The translations under genes and the position numbers were made by a program. A DNA stretch of 63,895 nt, the filler included, from Octopus bimaculoides (Eukaryota), in assembly GCF_001194135.2 (NCBI RefSeq). It is 5 parts of 3 records of this genome, joined end to end, with 100 filler letters (N's around TTAATTAATTAA, not from the genome) between each part and the next. Parts side by side here need not be neighbours in the genome. Positions count along the whole stretch, not along the records: positions 29,345 to 40,212 come from NC_068981.1; positions 40,313 to 57,349 come from NC_068983.1; 3 more parts are not named here. One strand, 5' to 3'. A model generated the notes under the pieces. It was not told the origin of the DNA. It worked only from the letters and a program-made list of their open reading frames with translations, and searched no databases. This document shows positions 38,560 to 52,200 of this stretch, one piece after another; the first letter of the stretch is position 1; every line of letters begins with the position of its first letter.

Positions 38560-39400
38560 TTCATCGAGTTAAGTACTCGCATAATTTTAGTGCTTTTTAT
38601 TATAATTTATGACTCAGGTCAGTGCCTTTCTATTAAAATAAAACCGAAACTTATTTCGGAATTTTCTGTCCATTATTCAGGCACAAAAATTTTGCGGCAA
38701 GAAAAACTATTTTCTACTCTTTTTAAAACAAATCTGAAGTTCAGAGTTAACAAAAAGTTTGCAGTGGAAACAAATGGCCCCACTACATTATTGAATGATC
38801 TTCAGTATCTCATTGATTCGCTCTGTTCAATAATTATATTGTCAGGAAAGAAGCTAAATGAAAATAATTCAGTGCAAGATCCGAAGCCATCCATAAATTG
38901 GTTATCAATTTGAGGAAATCCCAATGGACAATTTTATTTACTGAGCAAGAAAATGAAGTAAGAGACGGATACATAAAATTTGTTGAAATTTCGGAGTAAA
39001 ATAAATAGATAATTCCTAATAATTTTCGTCTTTTACAATCAATGAGTTATTTTAGTGTAACAGAATGGTTGAAACCAATAAAACCTGGAATTATAAACCT
39101 TGCCAAGCATTTTAAAGAAGATCCAGACATTCTGACAAAAATTAGATTTTCACTAAAAAATTATTTTTAATGTATGATGGACACAGGTTTTAGAGTTTCT
39201 TTCTGGATTGAAGTATCATCGTATAAGGATTGAACTGGGGAAAATCCATTTGAACATTTGTCTAAGTTAACTTTAGCACTTCTCATTTTCCCCACTTGTA
39301 AAAGCTGACAAATGTAGACAGAATATTTAGCCACACGAATTTTATGAAATCAAATGAGCGTAACCGTCTAAACGGAAACATTAAGAAATTTTGAACATCA
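38560..39400 (+). mobile_element. Decayed hAT-like transposase fragment
   Basis: LTNVDRIFSHTNFMKSNERNRL resembles the hAT dimerisation motif. The region is preceded by short inverted repeats cggtaataaagtca at 38383-38522. Confidence 0.4.
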
Positions 39401-39425
39401 AATATGGACTTAAACGAAGTTGTAA

Positions 39426-39570
39426 ATTTTATTGTGTCTGGGGAGAGTCTTTCTCTTTTAGTGCCTTATTATTTAAAAATAAATAAGTAAATGAATGGGA
39501 ATCGAACCGGTGAGTGTGTTAAAGTAATAAGGCACTAAAAGAGAATGACTCTCCCCAGACACAATAAAAT
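39426..39570. mobile_element. MITE-like element with 46-bp inverted repeats
   Basis: 39426-39471 is the reverse complement of 39525-39570 with one mismatch. Confidence 0.8.
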
Positions 39571-39659
39571 ATGCTTCAACACACGAATTCACATAAAGAA
39601 TCTTGCAAACCAAATACAAAAACGAAGTAGTAAATGTTATGACTAAAAATTACCTAAAA

Positions 39660-39875
39660 AGGAGGGAGGGGGCTGGCAGAATCGTTAGCACGTCGGACGA
39701 AATGCTTAGCAGTATTTCGTCCGTCTTTACATTCTGAGTTCAAATTCCGTCGAGGTCGACTTTGCCTTTCATTCTTTCGGCGTCAATAAATTAAGTACCA
39801 GTTGAGTCCAGGGTCGATGTAACCGACTACCTACCTTCCCCAAAATTTCAGGCCCCGTGCTTATAGTAGAAAGGA
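39660..39875 (+). mobile_element. SINE (gagctggcagaatcgttagc family)
   Basis: ggctggcagaatcgttagcacg...ttctgagttcaaattcc...gtcgactttgcctttcat. Confidence 0.88.
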
Positions 39876-39904
39876 CGATTATAAACTACATGGCGAACTA
39901 CGAA

Positions 39905-40160
39905 AATAATAATAATAATTAATTCGTTTTATTGGCCACAAGGGCTAATATCAATTAAAAACATATAAGGACAAAGACAGGACGAAGGTTACAAAAGGTT
40001 TTGTCCGAAAAGGTAGGAAAGTTCGTCTAAATAATAATAATAATAATAATTAATTCGTTTTATTGGCCACAAGGGCTAATATCAATTAAAGACATATAAG
40101 GACAAAGACAGGACGAAGGTTACAAAAGGTTTTGTCCGAAAAGGTAGGAAAGTTCGTCTA
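39905..40160 (+). repeat. Near-exact tandem duplication of about 125 bp
   Basis: aataataattaattcgttttattggccacaaggg...aagttcgtctaaa occurs twice. Confidence 0.85.
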
Positions 40161-41687
40161 AACAGAGGAAGAAAACGGAGAAAGATATAATAAATAAATA
40201 GATAAATAAATANNNNNNNNNNNNNNNNNNNNNNNNNNNNNNNNNNNNNNNNNNNNTTAATTAATTAANNNNNNNNNNNNNNNNNNNNNNNNNNNNNNNN
40301 NNNNNNNNNNNNGTGTGTGTGCGTGTGTGTGTGTGTGTGTTTAATATAATTACAGCATTGACATGCATAGTTATGCGCCCACTCATTCAAAAATGTATGC
40401 ATACATGTAGATATGTGTGTGTGAGTGTGTTTGTTTGTGTGTGTGTGTGTGTGTGTGTGCGTGTGGAAACAATTTATTTATTTCTACACGGAAGAGGTGA
40501 CCTTTAACAGGACATCTTACATGCTAGAAAGGGCAGTTAAAAACCCAAACCACGAATAAGAGCAATTTCAAAGGGAATGAAAAAAAAAAAATTATTCTTA
40601 CCCTTAGACTGTGTATCAATGTGCAAATTAAATTAATTTGCTATCCGTACTTCTTCGGTGAGGACGCTAAAATTAATGCAGATTTGTGCAGCAAATAGCA
40701 TCGAGAATACACGTGCGACATACCTGTACATTGTAATTTTCAAATTTGCCGGGCAAACGCAGTTACAGTCGCCAGCAAATAAGAATAGAACAAATTAAAA
40801 CTTCATACCAAAACGGTTACGAATCTACGAAAATGTTACAGTAAAAATAACAAGGGTAGAAAATTTAGAAGAATTTTCATACCGGTGGATAGCATGCGTC
40901 ATAAAGTCAATAGACAAATTACGTTCATATATAATAGTGTAGGACAATTTACGTATTTACGCACGAAAGAGGTGACCTTTAATTGGACACCTTACATGCT
41001 AAAAAGGGCAGTTAAAACCCAAAGTAATAAGAGTAATTTCAAAGAGAATAATAAAAATGATTAAGATGATGACTCAGATGATAAAGATGATAATGAACAA
41101 GATAAAGAAGAAGAAGAAGAAGAAGAAGAAGAAGAAGAAGAAGAAGAAGAAGAAGAAGAAGAAGAAGAAGAAGAAGAAAGAGGAGGAGGAGGAGGAGGAT
41201 TTAGTCAGAATGCCAGCTATTTTGATAGAGATAAATGTTATCGATAATATCAAAACTATTACGAGACGTGATTGATACTTTATTTTATCAGCCCCGATGA
41301 GATGCAAAGCAAAGTTGACCACGACTGTAAATTTTCGATTGATTTCAGAGGTCAAACTTACGATTAATCATTTCGTGGTCCATAAAATAAAGTACCTTTC
41401 AAGTACCGCGTTCGATAAAATCGACTAAAGTTCGCTGCTTCGTCTTCTTCTTCTTCTTCTTCTTCTTCTTCTTCTTCTTCTTCTTCTTCTTCTTCTTCTT
41501 CTTCTNNNNNNNNNNNNNNNNNNNNNNNNNNNNNNNNNNNNNNNNNNNNNNNNNNNNNNNNNNNNNNNNNNNNNNNNNNNNNNNNNNNNNNNNNNNNNNN
41601 NNNNNNNNNNNNNNNNNNNNNNNNNNNNNNNNNNNNNNNNNNNNNNNNNNNNNNNNNNNNNNNNNNNNNNNNNNNNNNNNATTATTA

Positions 41688-41735
<48 letters not shown>

Positions 41736-41779
41736 TATTAATATTATTATTGTTGTTGTTGTTGGTATTTCTCTTTATC

Positions 41780-42520
41780 GCAGGTTTTATTGGAGCTCCT
41801 GTATTCTTGCATGCGTAACGGGCTTGCAATCTGTAGCCTAGGATACATTGCTATCTGCTTTATTCTGCTATCTGATACTTTCTTCATTATTCTGCACGTG
41901 TCAAAGAGGCAAATCCTTTGTAACATTTCTACTATTCCAATATCCTTTATGTTCCTCTTGGTGCCTTCTGATACTGTTCCCAAAAACCCAACACAAATTA
42001 TCACTCTCTTCCCCTTCTTCGGTTTGCATAGCCGAGATATTTCTTAAGAGGGTGGTATTTAGCTATCTTTTCAACTCCCTTCTTGATTATCTATTGGCCA
42101 AAGTGGCGTATACCATCAACTACATAGCAAATGTGGTGGATATACTCTTCCACCACTAGTTTCGGTCTGTTATGCTCTGGTACCTTATCTGTGTGGACTG
42201 GGAAATCCCAGAGGATTTTGCTTGAATCCGAATCCACCACACTGAAGATTCTGCTCATACCACAACTTGCCACTCTCTAACTACCCCCACACTTTTAAGA
42301 CAGTTTTCATTGTAGCATTTTCGGTGCCTGATCGTGTCACCCAAACATGTAGTGATTTTGTGCAAGTCTATGGTATTCGTTCCTGATATGGGCAATTGTT
42401 TCATTCATTCTATTGAAAATGAGGTACAGCGGAGACACTTGATCATTCCTAATGTTAACCCTCCAGAGTGTGGCCTGCGCAAAACTTGGTCCTGTGCTGC
42501 CAGTAGTGTGTTCTTGGCTA
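41780..42520 (-). mobile_element. R4/Dong-like LINE 3' fragment
   Basis: KILWDFPVHTDKVPEHNRPKLVV and IICVGFLGTVS. Confidence 0.82.
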
Positions 42521-42521
42521 C

Positions 42522-42616
<95 letters not shown>

Positions 42617-43451
42617 NNNNNNNNNNNNNNNNNNNNNNNNNNNNNNNNNNNNNNNNNNNNNNNNNNNNNNNNNNNNNNNNNNNNNNNNNNNNNNNNNNNN
42701 NNNNNNNNNNNNNNNNNNNNNNNNNNNNNNNNNNNNNNNNNNNNNNNNNNNNNNNNNNNNNNNNNNNNNNNNNNNNNNNNNNNNNNNNNNNNNNNNNNNN
42801 NNNNNNNNNNNNNNNNNNNNNNNNNNNNNNNNNNNNNNNNNNNNNNNNNNNNNNNNNNNNNNNNNNNNNNNNNNNNNNNNNNNNNNNNNNNNNNNNNNNN
42901 NNNNNNNNNNNNNNNNNNNNNNNNNNNNNNNNNNNNNNNNNNNNNNNNNNNNNNNNNNNNNNNNNNNNNNNNNNNNNNNNNNNNNNNNNNNNNNNNNNNN
43001 NNNNNNNNNNNNNNNNNNNNNNNNNNNNNNNNNNNNNNNNNNNNNNNNNNNNNNNNNNNNNNNNNNNNNNNNNNNNNNNNNNNNNNNNNNNNNNNNNNNN
43101 NNNNNNNNNNNNNNNNNNNNNNNNNNNNNNNNNNNNNNNNNNNNNNNNNNNNNNNNNNNNNNNNNNNNNNNNNNNNNNNNNNNNNNNNNNNNNNNNNNNN
43201 NNNNNNNNNNNNNNNNNNNNNNNNNNNNNNNNNNNNNNNNNNNNNNNNNNNNNNNNNNNNNNNNNNNNNNNNNNNNNNNNNNNNNNNNNNNNNNNNNNNN
43301 NNNNNNNNNNNNNNNNNNNNNNNNNNNNNNNNNNNNNNNNNNNNNNNNNNNNNNNNNNNNNNNNNNNNNNNNNNNNNNNNNNNNNNNNNNNNNNNNNNNN
43401 NNNNNNNNNNNNNNNNNNNNNNNNNNNNNNNNNNNNNNNNNNNNNNNNNNN

Positions 43452-43498
<47 letters not shown>

Positions 43499-43531
43499 GC
43501 AATAATAATAATAATAATTATGATTATTATT

Positions 43532-43653
43532 CAGTTCTATATTTAAGAGATGTGGAATTATGTACATTATTTATATTATTTACATTTGACGGATATTTGT
43601 CCTCATCTTGTTTGTTGTTTAACACAAAGTTTCGATTCCAAGCAGTGACCTGA

Positions 43654-43718
<65 letters not shown>

Positions 43719-43720
43719 TG
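43532..43720. mobile_element. Inverted junction of the tRNA/(AAT)n/hammerhead element
   Basis: 43532-43634 is the minus-strand tail beginning at CGAAAC. From 43631 the plus strand reads ttcgattcc..agtgacctg then (AAT)n, matching 14193-14275. Confidence 0.8.
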
Positions 43721-43849
43721 TTATTATAGTGAACCCCAAAAAATTATAGACCCATAAGCTGCTAAATAAGAACGTATAAAACGCTAACATCTGTCCTGAC
43801 TGAATATACCTATAGCTTTTTAATAGAAAGCAGCATATTCCCTAATGAG

Positions 43850-44450
43850 AAAAAAGATGTAACCGTGGATCCTATGGTTGCAAAGATCAGCTACTCATCA
43901 ATAAGATGATCTTAGAACATTGTCACATCGACACAAAAACTGGATAGACCATACAAAATGCTTTTGATAGCCTACCACATAGCTGGATTAGGAAATGTCT
44001 GGAAATGTATAAAGAAGCGCCAAATCTGCGAAACTTTTATCTGTAAGTATGAAATCATGGAGAAACACACGAACTTTGAACAATGACGATGAATCTCTAA
44101 ACGCTGGAGATGTAAGAATTTCATGTGTCATTTTCCAGGGTGACTCACTATCACCACTCCTCGTTTGTCTAGCGTTAATACCTCTCTCAAAATTGCTCAA
44201 CGATGCACAGTACGGTTATAAAATCTTTGATAAAAATAAAATGACCAACAACTCAACGGCTTACTAGCGATTGCTAAACAATTCAGTGATGCCATCAGTA
44301 TGCAATTTGGTCACGATAAATGTGCAAAAGCTACCTTTATGAAAGAAAAAATGACAGAAGCATCTAACGTGAACCTTTACCAGCAGAATGCCATAAAATA
44401 GTTGGAACCAGCGGAGAGATACAAATACATAGGGCTACTTCAAGGGGTAC
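43850..44450 (+). mobile_element. R4/Dong-like LINE RT fragment
   Basis: NAFDSLPHSWIRKCLEMY and IFQGDSLSPLLVCLALIPLSKLLN. Confidence 0.85.
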
Positions 44451-44481
44451 TCGAAAAAACTCCATGTTCGAAATTTTCCCG

Positions 44482-44529
44482 AGAAACCTGATGAAGGCTG
44501 GAGGGTATATCAGCCGAAACGTAGTGTTT
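44482..44529 (+). ncRNA. Minimal type I hammerhead ribozyme, second copy of the 14323 family
   Basis: CUGAUGA (44488-44494), A, GGCUG/CAGCC, GAAAC, site GUA at 44523, followed by GUGUU. Identical to copy 1 from 44487 to 44522. Confidence 0.75.
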
Positions 44530-44629
44530 ACAACAAAGAGGATGACGACAAATATTCGTGAAATGTAAATAATGTATATAATTATCATTATTATCATTAT
44601 TATTACTATTTTATTATTATTAATGCTAC

Positions 44630-44660
<31 letters not shown>

Positions 44661-44672
44661 ATTATCATTATT

Positions 44673-44885
44673 AAGGCGGTGAGCTGGTAGGATCGGTAGC
44701 ACGCGGAGGAAAATGTTTAGCAACACATTTTGTTTGCCTATTAGTTCTGAGTTCAGCCGCCGTCGAGGTCAAAGTTGCCTTTCACCCATCAGGATCGATA
44801 AGATAAATAACAGTTGAGTACTGTGGTCAATGCAATCAACATACAACCCCCTCCGCCAGAAACTTCTGACCTTCTTCTAAAATTT
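44673..44885 (+). mobile_element. SINE (gagctggcagaatcgttagc family)
   Basis: taaggcggtgagctggtaggatcggtagcacg...ttctgagttc...gtcgaggtc. Confidence 0.8.
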
Positions 44886-44999
44886 GAGATTATTATAATC
44901 ATAAGGATTATTTTATTGTCTTTGCACAGCTTCTAAAGGTGATGATGTACTACGATGTCAGCTATTCAATACCAGGGAACTAATGTAACACCCTTATTT

Positions 45000-46700
45000 T
45001 TCGAGCACCATGCGGAGTATTCGAACGGTTTCAATAATGATATTTTCTGCATATGCGTCACGCTTATTCTAGCCCCTATTTGTTCCATGCATTCTTCAAG
45101 ATTTTTAACTCACAGTTCCCAGGACTCCGACAATTATTGGTACTACTACCACCTATCTCAGTGACCACAAGTGATTGATTTCCCAAGCTAACCTGTCATA
45201 TCTAACGACATTTCTTTCTTCCTCTTCGCATACGTTGTTGACAAGTGGGCATGCGATATTTATGATCCAGCATTGTTTGCTTTCTTTCATGATTAACACT
45301 GTGCTTAGTTTCCAAATTCTCTATCTCATGGTCACACTGAATCATAAAACCCCATAGTATCTTTGTATTACCAATTTCAATGATGCCTTCGGGTGTATGT
45401 TAGTGCCACTTTTTTGCTCTGTCAAATTCATACATGTTGCAATGTATCCAATGGACGATCCTTGTCATGACGTGTTATATTCTTTCTGCGCTAGTGTCGT
45501 ACATTGACTGGTAATATAACATACGGTATTCTTATTTTTTTTCCATACATTCTGCACTTATCACTTTCTGATGCGTTGTTCATTCTATATTTGATGTAAT
45601 TCATACTTAGTGCTTCCTCTCGGGCAGCACAGCATAGATCATCCTTTTCCGGTGTTAAATACTTTTAGTCATCCATAGCCATGTCTTTTTTCTGTCTGTC
45701 TTATCTCCTAATCCCTATGAAATTGTCCATGCATTCTTTTCTTTATCCACCAATTTCAGTTTCATTGATTGTCAAGTGCTGTACACTGCTTTATATTTGC
45801 AATTTTCTATCGTACACAGGCTTGACCTTCTTTCTTCCAACAATTGCGGTGCTGTGTCATTTTTACATATCGTGCTCACTTGTTTTCTTCTGCTATAATG
45901 CTGTGTTCACATCCAATCAGTCCTCTCCTACTTTTTTCTTGATACATAGTCTGTCTGTGTCCCTTTTCGGTTGGAGTATCCCATATCTCGTCAGCAACTT
46001 CCTTGACTTTCTGTCAGAACTGTTTAGTTCATCTACTGTCCATTTGATTCTTCCTGCTCAATATCTAAGTAGTGAAACCGCCCAGGTGTTGATAACTTCA
46101 ATCTTATTCCGTTTAATTTCGACTTCGGGATCAGTCTCAGTCTGCGCAAGTACTCCACATTGAATTTTTTGGTCATTTCTTTCTCCATCAATTTATCCAT
46201 TTCTAATATCCCCAAGTACTTATAGCTCGTCTCTTCTAGTTGCTTCCTAACCTCCCCTGATGTAATCGCTAGCCCATCCATAAATTTAATTTTCCCTCAC
46301 TTTAATTCTAACACAACAATTTTTCAGTCCGAGATTCATTCTGATATCAGCACTGAGAGTATGTACCGCATCAACGAGGGGACTGACTTGGGATTCATAT
46401 CTACATAGAGGAGTTTTACGTCATCCATGAATAACAAGTGGTTGAATTTTTGTCGACTGCTTTTGAAAACATACCCAGCCTTTGCTTTATTCAGGATTAG
46501 TGTTAGTTGTATGATGCACAGTACAAAGTTTAGTAGGGACAAGCAATCCCCTTGGAAGTTGCCTCTTCTGATTTCTATTGTCGCTAAACTTATTCCATAT
46601 GATGTGAGTTTCGTCTTCCACTTCGCCATACTTTTCCAAGCAATCGTTCAACATTGGATGCAATAACAAATAAGTTCATAAATACCGTAATCGAATAATG
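45000..46700 (-). mobile_element. R4/Dong-like LINE, RT to endonuclease, decayed
   Basis: RRGNFQGDCLSLLNF, NHLLFMDDVKL, SYKYLGILE, EYLRRLRLI. Confidence 0.88.
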
Positions 46701-46719
46701 GGGTATCATATGGTATATA

Positions 46720-46761
<42 letters not shown>

Positions 46762-46812
46762 NNNNNNNNNNNNNNNNNNNNNNNNNNNNNNNNNNNNNNN
46801 NNNNNNNNNNNN

Positions 46813-46879
<67 letters not shown>

Positions 46880-49261
46880 TAATATTGCATGGCCGAAGAG
46901 CAGGAATATGTGTATAACCATTTGAGAAAAGTGTTATTGTGCTGAGCTGTCACTGTGGAAAACGTGAAAAATATATAACTTTTGTTCTTTAGTTTTATTA
47001 ATCAATTTTTGTTATTAAAAATAATCATGCGTTCTTTTTTTTTGTTTTGTTTTTTCAAGGTTATATGTTGGATCTCTTTATATTTGAGAAAATGTGAAGA
47101 ACTGTCATGTCAAAAATTTTAGTCATCTACTTGTCCAGAATGGAGTGGGAAAATGAATGGAAGTATAGGATTAAATGTTTGATCTGGGTATGGTGGGATT
47201 TACAAGTAATGCAAAAAAATTGACTGCAATTAATGTAACAAAATTAACAGCACTAAGGTTAAACAATTGAAGACATGGCACTGGGATTTAGAGTCGATTA
47301 GATATGTGAACATTTAACTCATGTGAACATTACATTAATAAATATTAGCACACATATCTATACAAATAGATTATATACATCTTTTTTAAAGATGTTGATG
47401 CTAATAACGGGGCGGCGTAAAGGCAAAAAAAAAATACGGATGTATACAGATATACAGAGAATCTTTATCCGCATGCATTGGGAAATAACAGTGCATATAC
47501 AAATGTATATAATGACATACAGAGAAAAGATGTATGTATGAACAAGCAGGACTGTTTTACAAGTTAGAGAAAAAAGCAATAATTGACAGAAAGTTTAAAG
47601 TCAATCCCAGATAAATACATATAAATGCTATGAAATACAAATCTCACCAATCAACTTAATTTTTTCTCTAAAAAGAAATCAAAATATCTGAATTAATTTA
47701 TATTATTTCGTTTTCTTTATTTCTTTCGTTTCATACCATTAATTCACTTATTGCCATTATTTTATCAGCTTAATCATATTTCGTCATTTCCTATCCAATT
47801 AACACCGTTATTCAATTAATTACTTTACTTCCAATATGTTCAGTTCATAACTGCTTTTATTAAATTAATTTCTTCTATTTAATTGATATATTCTTTAGTA
47901 AGTTCTGTTTTATATGTTGGCTTTCTTCATTTTCATTCTGTAGTCTTTCAGATTTAATCAGTATTTATACTTTTGTGCTTGTAGTAGTCATTATTTTACT
48001 TTTTGTTTTCAGCATTGTTGCTCTTGTTGTTATTATCTATGTTATTGTATTTTACACTTTGTTCTTCGTCTTGTATTTTTATTATATTACTTTCAATATT
48101 TTCCCCTCCTTTCAGTTCAAAGTATTCCAACATTTCTCATCTATAATAATTGCAATAAAATATATATTAAGCTAATAAGTCAGCAAAGAAAGTTTTAGGC
48201 AGAATGGTTCTATTATATATTATTCCATTCACATGCTGTTTCATTTTATATAGAATTTAATGGTCTATTTTGTAAGGTTTGTGTCTTAGCGTCAAAAGGA
48301 AAACCAACGTTTTAAGACTTCAAGAAGAAACTTGTCGGTATTCTTGGAAAACATAAAAACTATACAACATAATAAACGTCATGATGATGATGATAATAAG
48401 AAAATATTATTAATGATAATAATGATAATAATGAAGGTAATAATAAGACGAAAGACGAAATGAATTTTATAAATAGAGAACAACAATTTAAAAACATTAA
48501 AAAATGTTGAGGAAATAAATAAATGTGAGAAAAAATGTAGATCTAACTGATAAAGTGTTCTGCATTTTGTCAAGAATATATGATTCCACGAGTGAAATTT
48601 GATAAACATGACATAACTAAATTGCTTGACTTTCACTCGAATATTTTTCAGATTTATTTTTCTTTTGAAGTTCATTCTTTTAATTTTATTTAGTTTCTTA
48701 ATGCAGTATTATAATTTATTTTTTTCAGTTTTCTCCATTTACCCCCAATTTTTCTCTGAATTTTTTTTCTTTTGCTGAATTGGTTTTTCTCTCTGTGAAT
48801 TCGTTCGCGTCTTCCTTTCATTTTTCTTTCTTTCATCTCCATGTTTTGTTCTATATTTCTCTATTTCATCTAAACGTTTTACGTTCATTTCTGTTGCGTT
48901 CATCATATCCCTGCATGTGATTCACAAATTTTCTTCCCTCTCAGAATTATGTTTTCTTTTACTTCTGTTGCATTGTACTCTCTTACTCCTCCCTTCTTCA
49001 TAAAATTCTTACACATCATTTCACACACATAGCCTTATATACATTTCTACGACATTTTCTTTCATCTCAAAACTCATGCTTGCTCTCATCTACATTTACT
49101 TACACATACTTTCTTTACATATACACACCAACTCACATCTTCACTGATCTGTGCCACAGAATTTACGTAGGTGTACATTTCTTCTGACATACACACACCG
49201 CATAACCTCAAAGAGCACTTCCACTTATGCATATGTCAAATCACAGTTACTTCTCCTTATG

Positions 49262-49295
<34 letters not shown>

Positions 49296-52200
49296 CATAC
49301 ACACACACACGCACACACACAAACACACACACACACACATATACACATATGTATGTATTTTTTAAGCAACAATTTTATTAGCAGCTAAACATTTGTTTAG
49401 ATTGGCAACAAGATCTACTTGTAGAAATATTGAAAGAAATATCTACATGAGACTCAAAACTATGCGATTTTGAACTCTTTATATATCGCCTATATCAGTT
49501 ACGGTAAAAGACTTATAAATAATCACACAGAAAAGCACACCCGCACGCGCGTATACATACACACACACACGCTCAGATACACAAAAGCAAACACAGATGC
49601 ACACCTGTACCAACATTTTTTTTCAGTTTCTGATTAACAGATCTATTCACAATGCACTAGTGCAAGTTGCCAGGATGTGGGAGTCGACCGGTACCTCTTC
49701 ATTGGGGGAATATTTCATACCATACATGCACACATTTCTTTGATACATGAAAACATTCTCAGTTTGAAAATTTGGCAACTTCTGCTAGTTCAATGAAGAT
49801 AAAATGGAAGATGAGTTATCTTGTTTGGATGAAGATGCTTTTAATGTTGAGAATCGGGTAGACAATTGTATTAGAAATAGGCATAAGAAGGTAAAAGCAC
49901 TTTGAATGGGCTACCGATTATACTCTAATAGTGAATTGCTAATCATCCAGATGACGTGCATGTAAGGACTATTTGAATGTCTAGTGCCTCATGCCAGCTA
50001 CGGGTGTGGTATTCTGTTTGTAACAGAAATAAAAAGTCTGTAGTTGGCTTGAAGAGAATAATATTCTAATAATCAATTGTCCTCACGGATCCTTCGATAC
50101 CTATACATATACATATATATATATATATATACTAGCTGAAATTGCAAAGATATTCTGAAACTCGACTGAGGATAGAAAACGCGAATCACCCGCCCTTGTT
50201 TTCTTTGTATCGTCTGTCTGGATGTTCTGCGTTCTTGTCCNNNNNNNNNNNNNNNNNNNNNNNNNNNNNNNNNNNNNNNNNNNNNNNNNNNNNNNNNNNN
50301 NNNNNNNNNNNNNNNNNNNNNNNNNNNNNNNNNNNNNNNNNNNNNNNNNNNNNNNNNNNNNNNNNNNNNNNNNNNNNNNNNNNNNNNNNNNNNNNNNNNN
50401 NNNNNNNNNNNNNNNNNNNNNNNNNNNNNNNNNNNNNNNNNNNNNNNNNNNNNNNNNNNNNNNNNNNNNNNNNNNNNNNNNNNNNNNNNNNNNNNNNNNN
50501 NNNNNNNNNNNNNNNNNNNNNNNNNNNNNNNNNNNNNNNNNNNNNNNNNNNNNNNNNNNNNNNNNNNNNNNNNNNNNNNNNNNNNNNNNNNNNNNNNNNN
50601 NNNNNNNNNNNNNNNNNNNNNNNNNNNNNNNNNNNNNNNNNNNNNNNNNNNNNNNNNNNNNNNNNNNNNNNNNNNNNNNNNNNNNNNNNNNNNNNNNNNN
50701 NNNNNNNNNNNNNNNNNNNNNNNNNNNNNNNNNNNNNNNNNNNNNNNNNNNNNNNNNNNNNNNNNNNNNNNNNNNNNNNNNNNNNNNNNNNNNNNNNNNN
50801 NNNNNNNNNNNNNNNNNNNNNNNNNNNNNNNNNNNNNNNNNNNNNNNNNNNNNNNNNNNNNNNNNNNNNNNNNNNNNNNNNNNNNNNNNNNNATAAATAC
50901 ATATATATGGGCATAACTATGAACTTATAACATTTATATATGTGTGTGTGTGTGTGTGTGTGCGTGCGCGCGCTTTTGTTGTTTCAAAACATTAATTTTA
51001 GAAATGCTCACTATTTCTACATAAAGAATTTATTAACATTCTCAGATGAAGAACACATTTTCATGGATCTTCTCTCTTAGACATGTCGCACAGGATCTCT
51101 AATAATGAGATAATTCTTCCAGTGAAAATGACCTCTTACTCTCTATTAAACTAAACTATTCAATTATCTTGGATTTGGCCGACAAGGTCTTACACGAAAG
51201 ATCTTTCGTTCTAAATGATCTGCTCATATTCTTTCGATTACATCATATTTTGTATAGAACCTCGCAAAATTAAGTGCCAAGAGACCTCATTAATCAACTG
51301 CAATATGAGAAAAAAATTCTTTTGCTACCATATTAATTTACTCTTACTCTTATCGTTGAAAGAGATTAAAAAAATATAAATTAAACCTTATCCTAGCTGT
51401 TTTATGGAATCTTTTCTTATTTTCTTCTTCAATTTCTTTATATTTCATCCTTCGTTATCTCCACACATGTACCGATTGTTGTCGTTTATATTATTTTTTT
51501 TTACAAGCGCTGAAGATGAGAAAGAAAGAGAATACAAAATTCCATGGCAAATATGTCATAACATTATTGATTGAGTTTTACGAAAATTTATTGAAAATTA
51601 TAATGTGATGATTTCATATTCTTTGTGTGACTTTGTTTTCTTTTTTTTTTTGTAATTCTTAATATATAATTTTGTTATTTTATTTTCATGTCATCTCCCC
51701 TTTATCGATGAAAGCAAGTTTAAATATTCTGTGACCCAGAAGTTAGCTTTATATTGTTACTAATTAGCCAATATCAGATAAATCAAAACCACAACATACT
51801 AATATTGAAGTAAATAATTTGAAAATAAAAAATGGAAGGACGTAAAACGAAGAATCAAAGATATGAGATGGATTGCATTTTAAATTTAATATTTTGAAAA
51901 TTAATACGTATATGTGTATGTATACGTACATAAATACGCACAAACACACGGACACACATACACACATATATATACATATACATGTGCATGTATATGTGTG
52001 TCTGAGTGTCTATGTGTGTGTGCGTGTGTGAGCTTGTATGAATTTGTGTTTATTTAAAAAAAGAACAAATATAAAATGAGCTATCGCTTTTATGAAGTGA
52101 ACGTATTATAGAAGAGATAGCAATATATGAAATCAAAATTAAAACTACAGAAAATGCAATGTAACGGTTGACTGCATGTGAAGGTCAAATGTTAGCTGGC

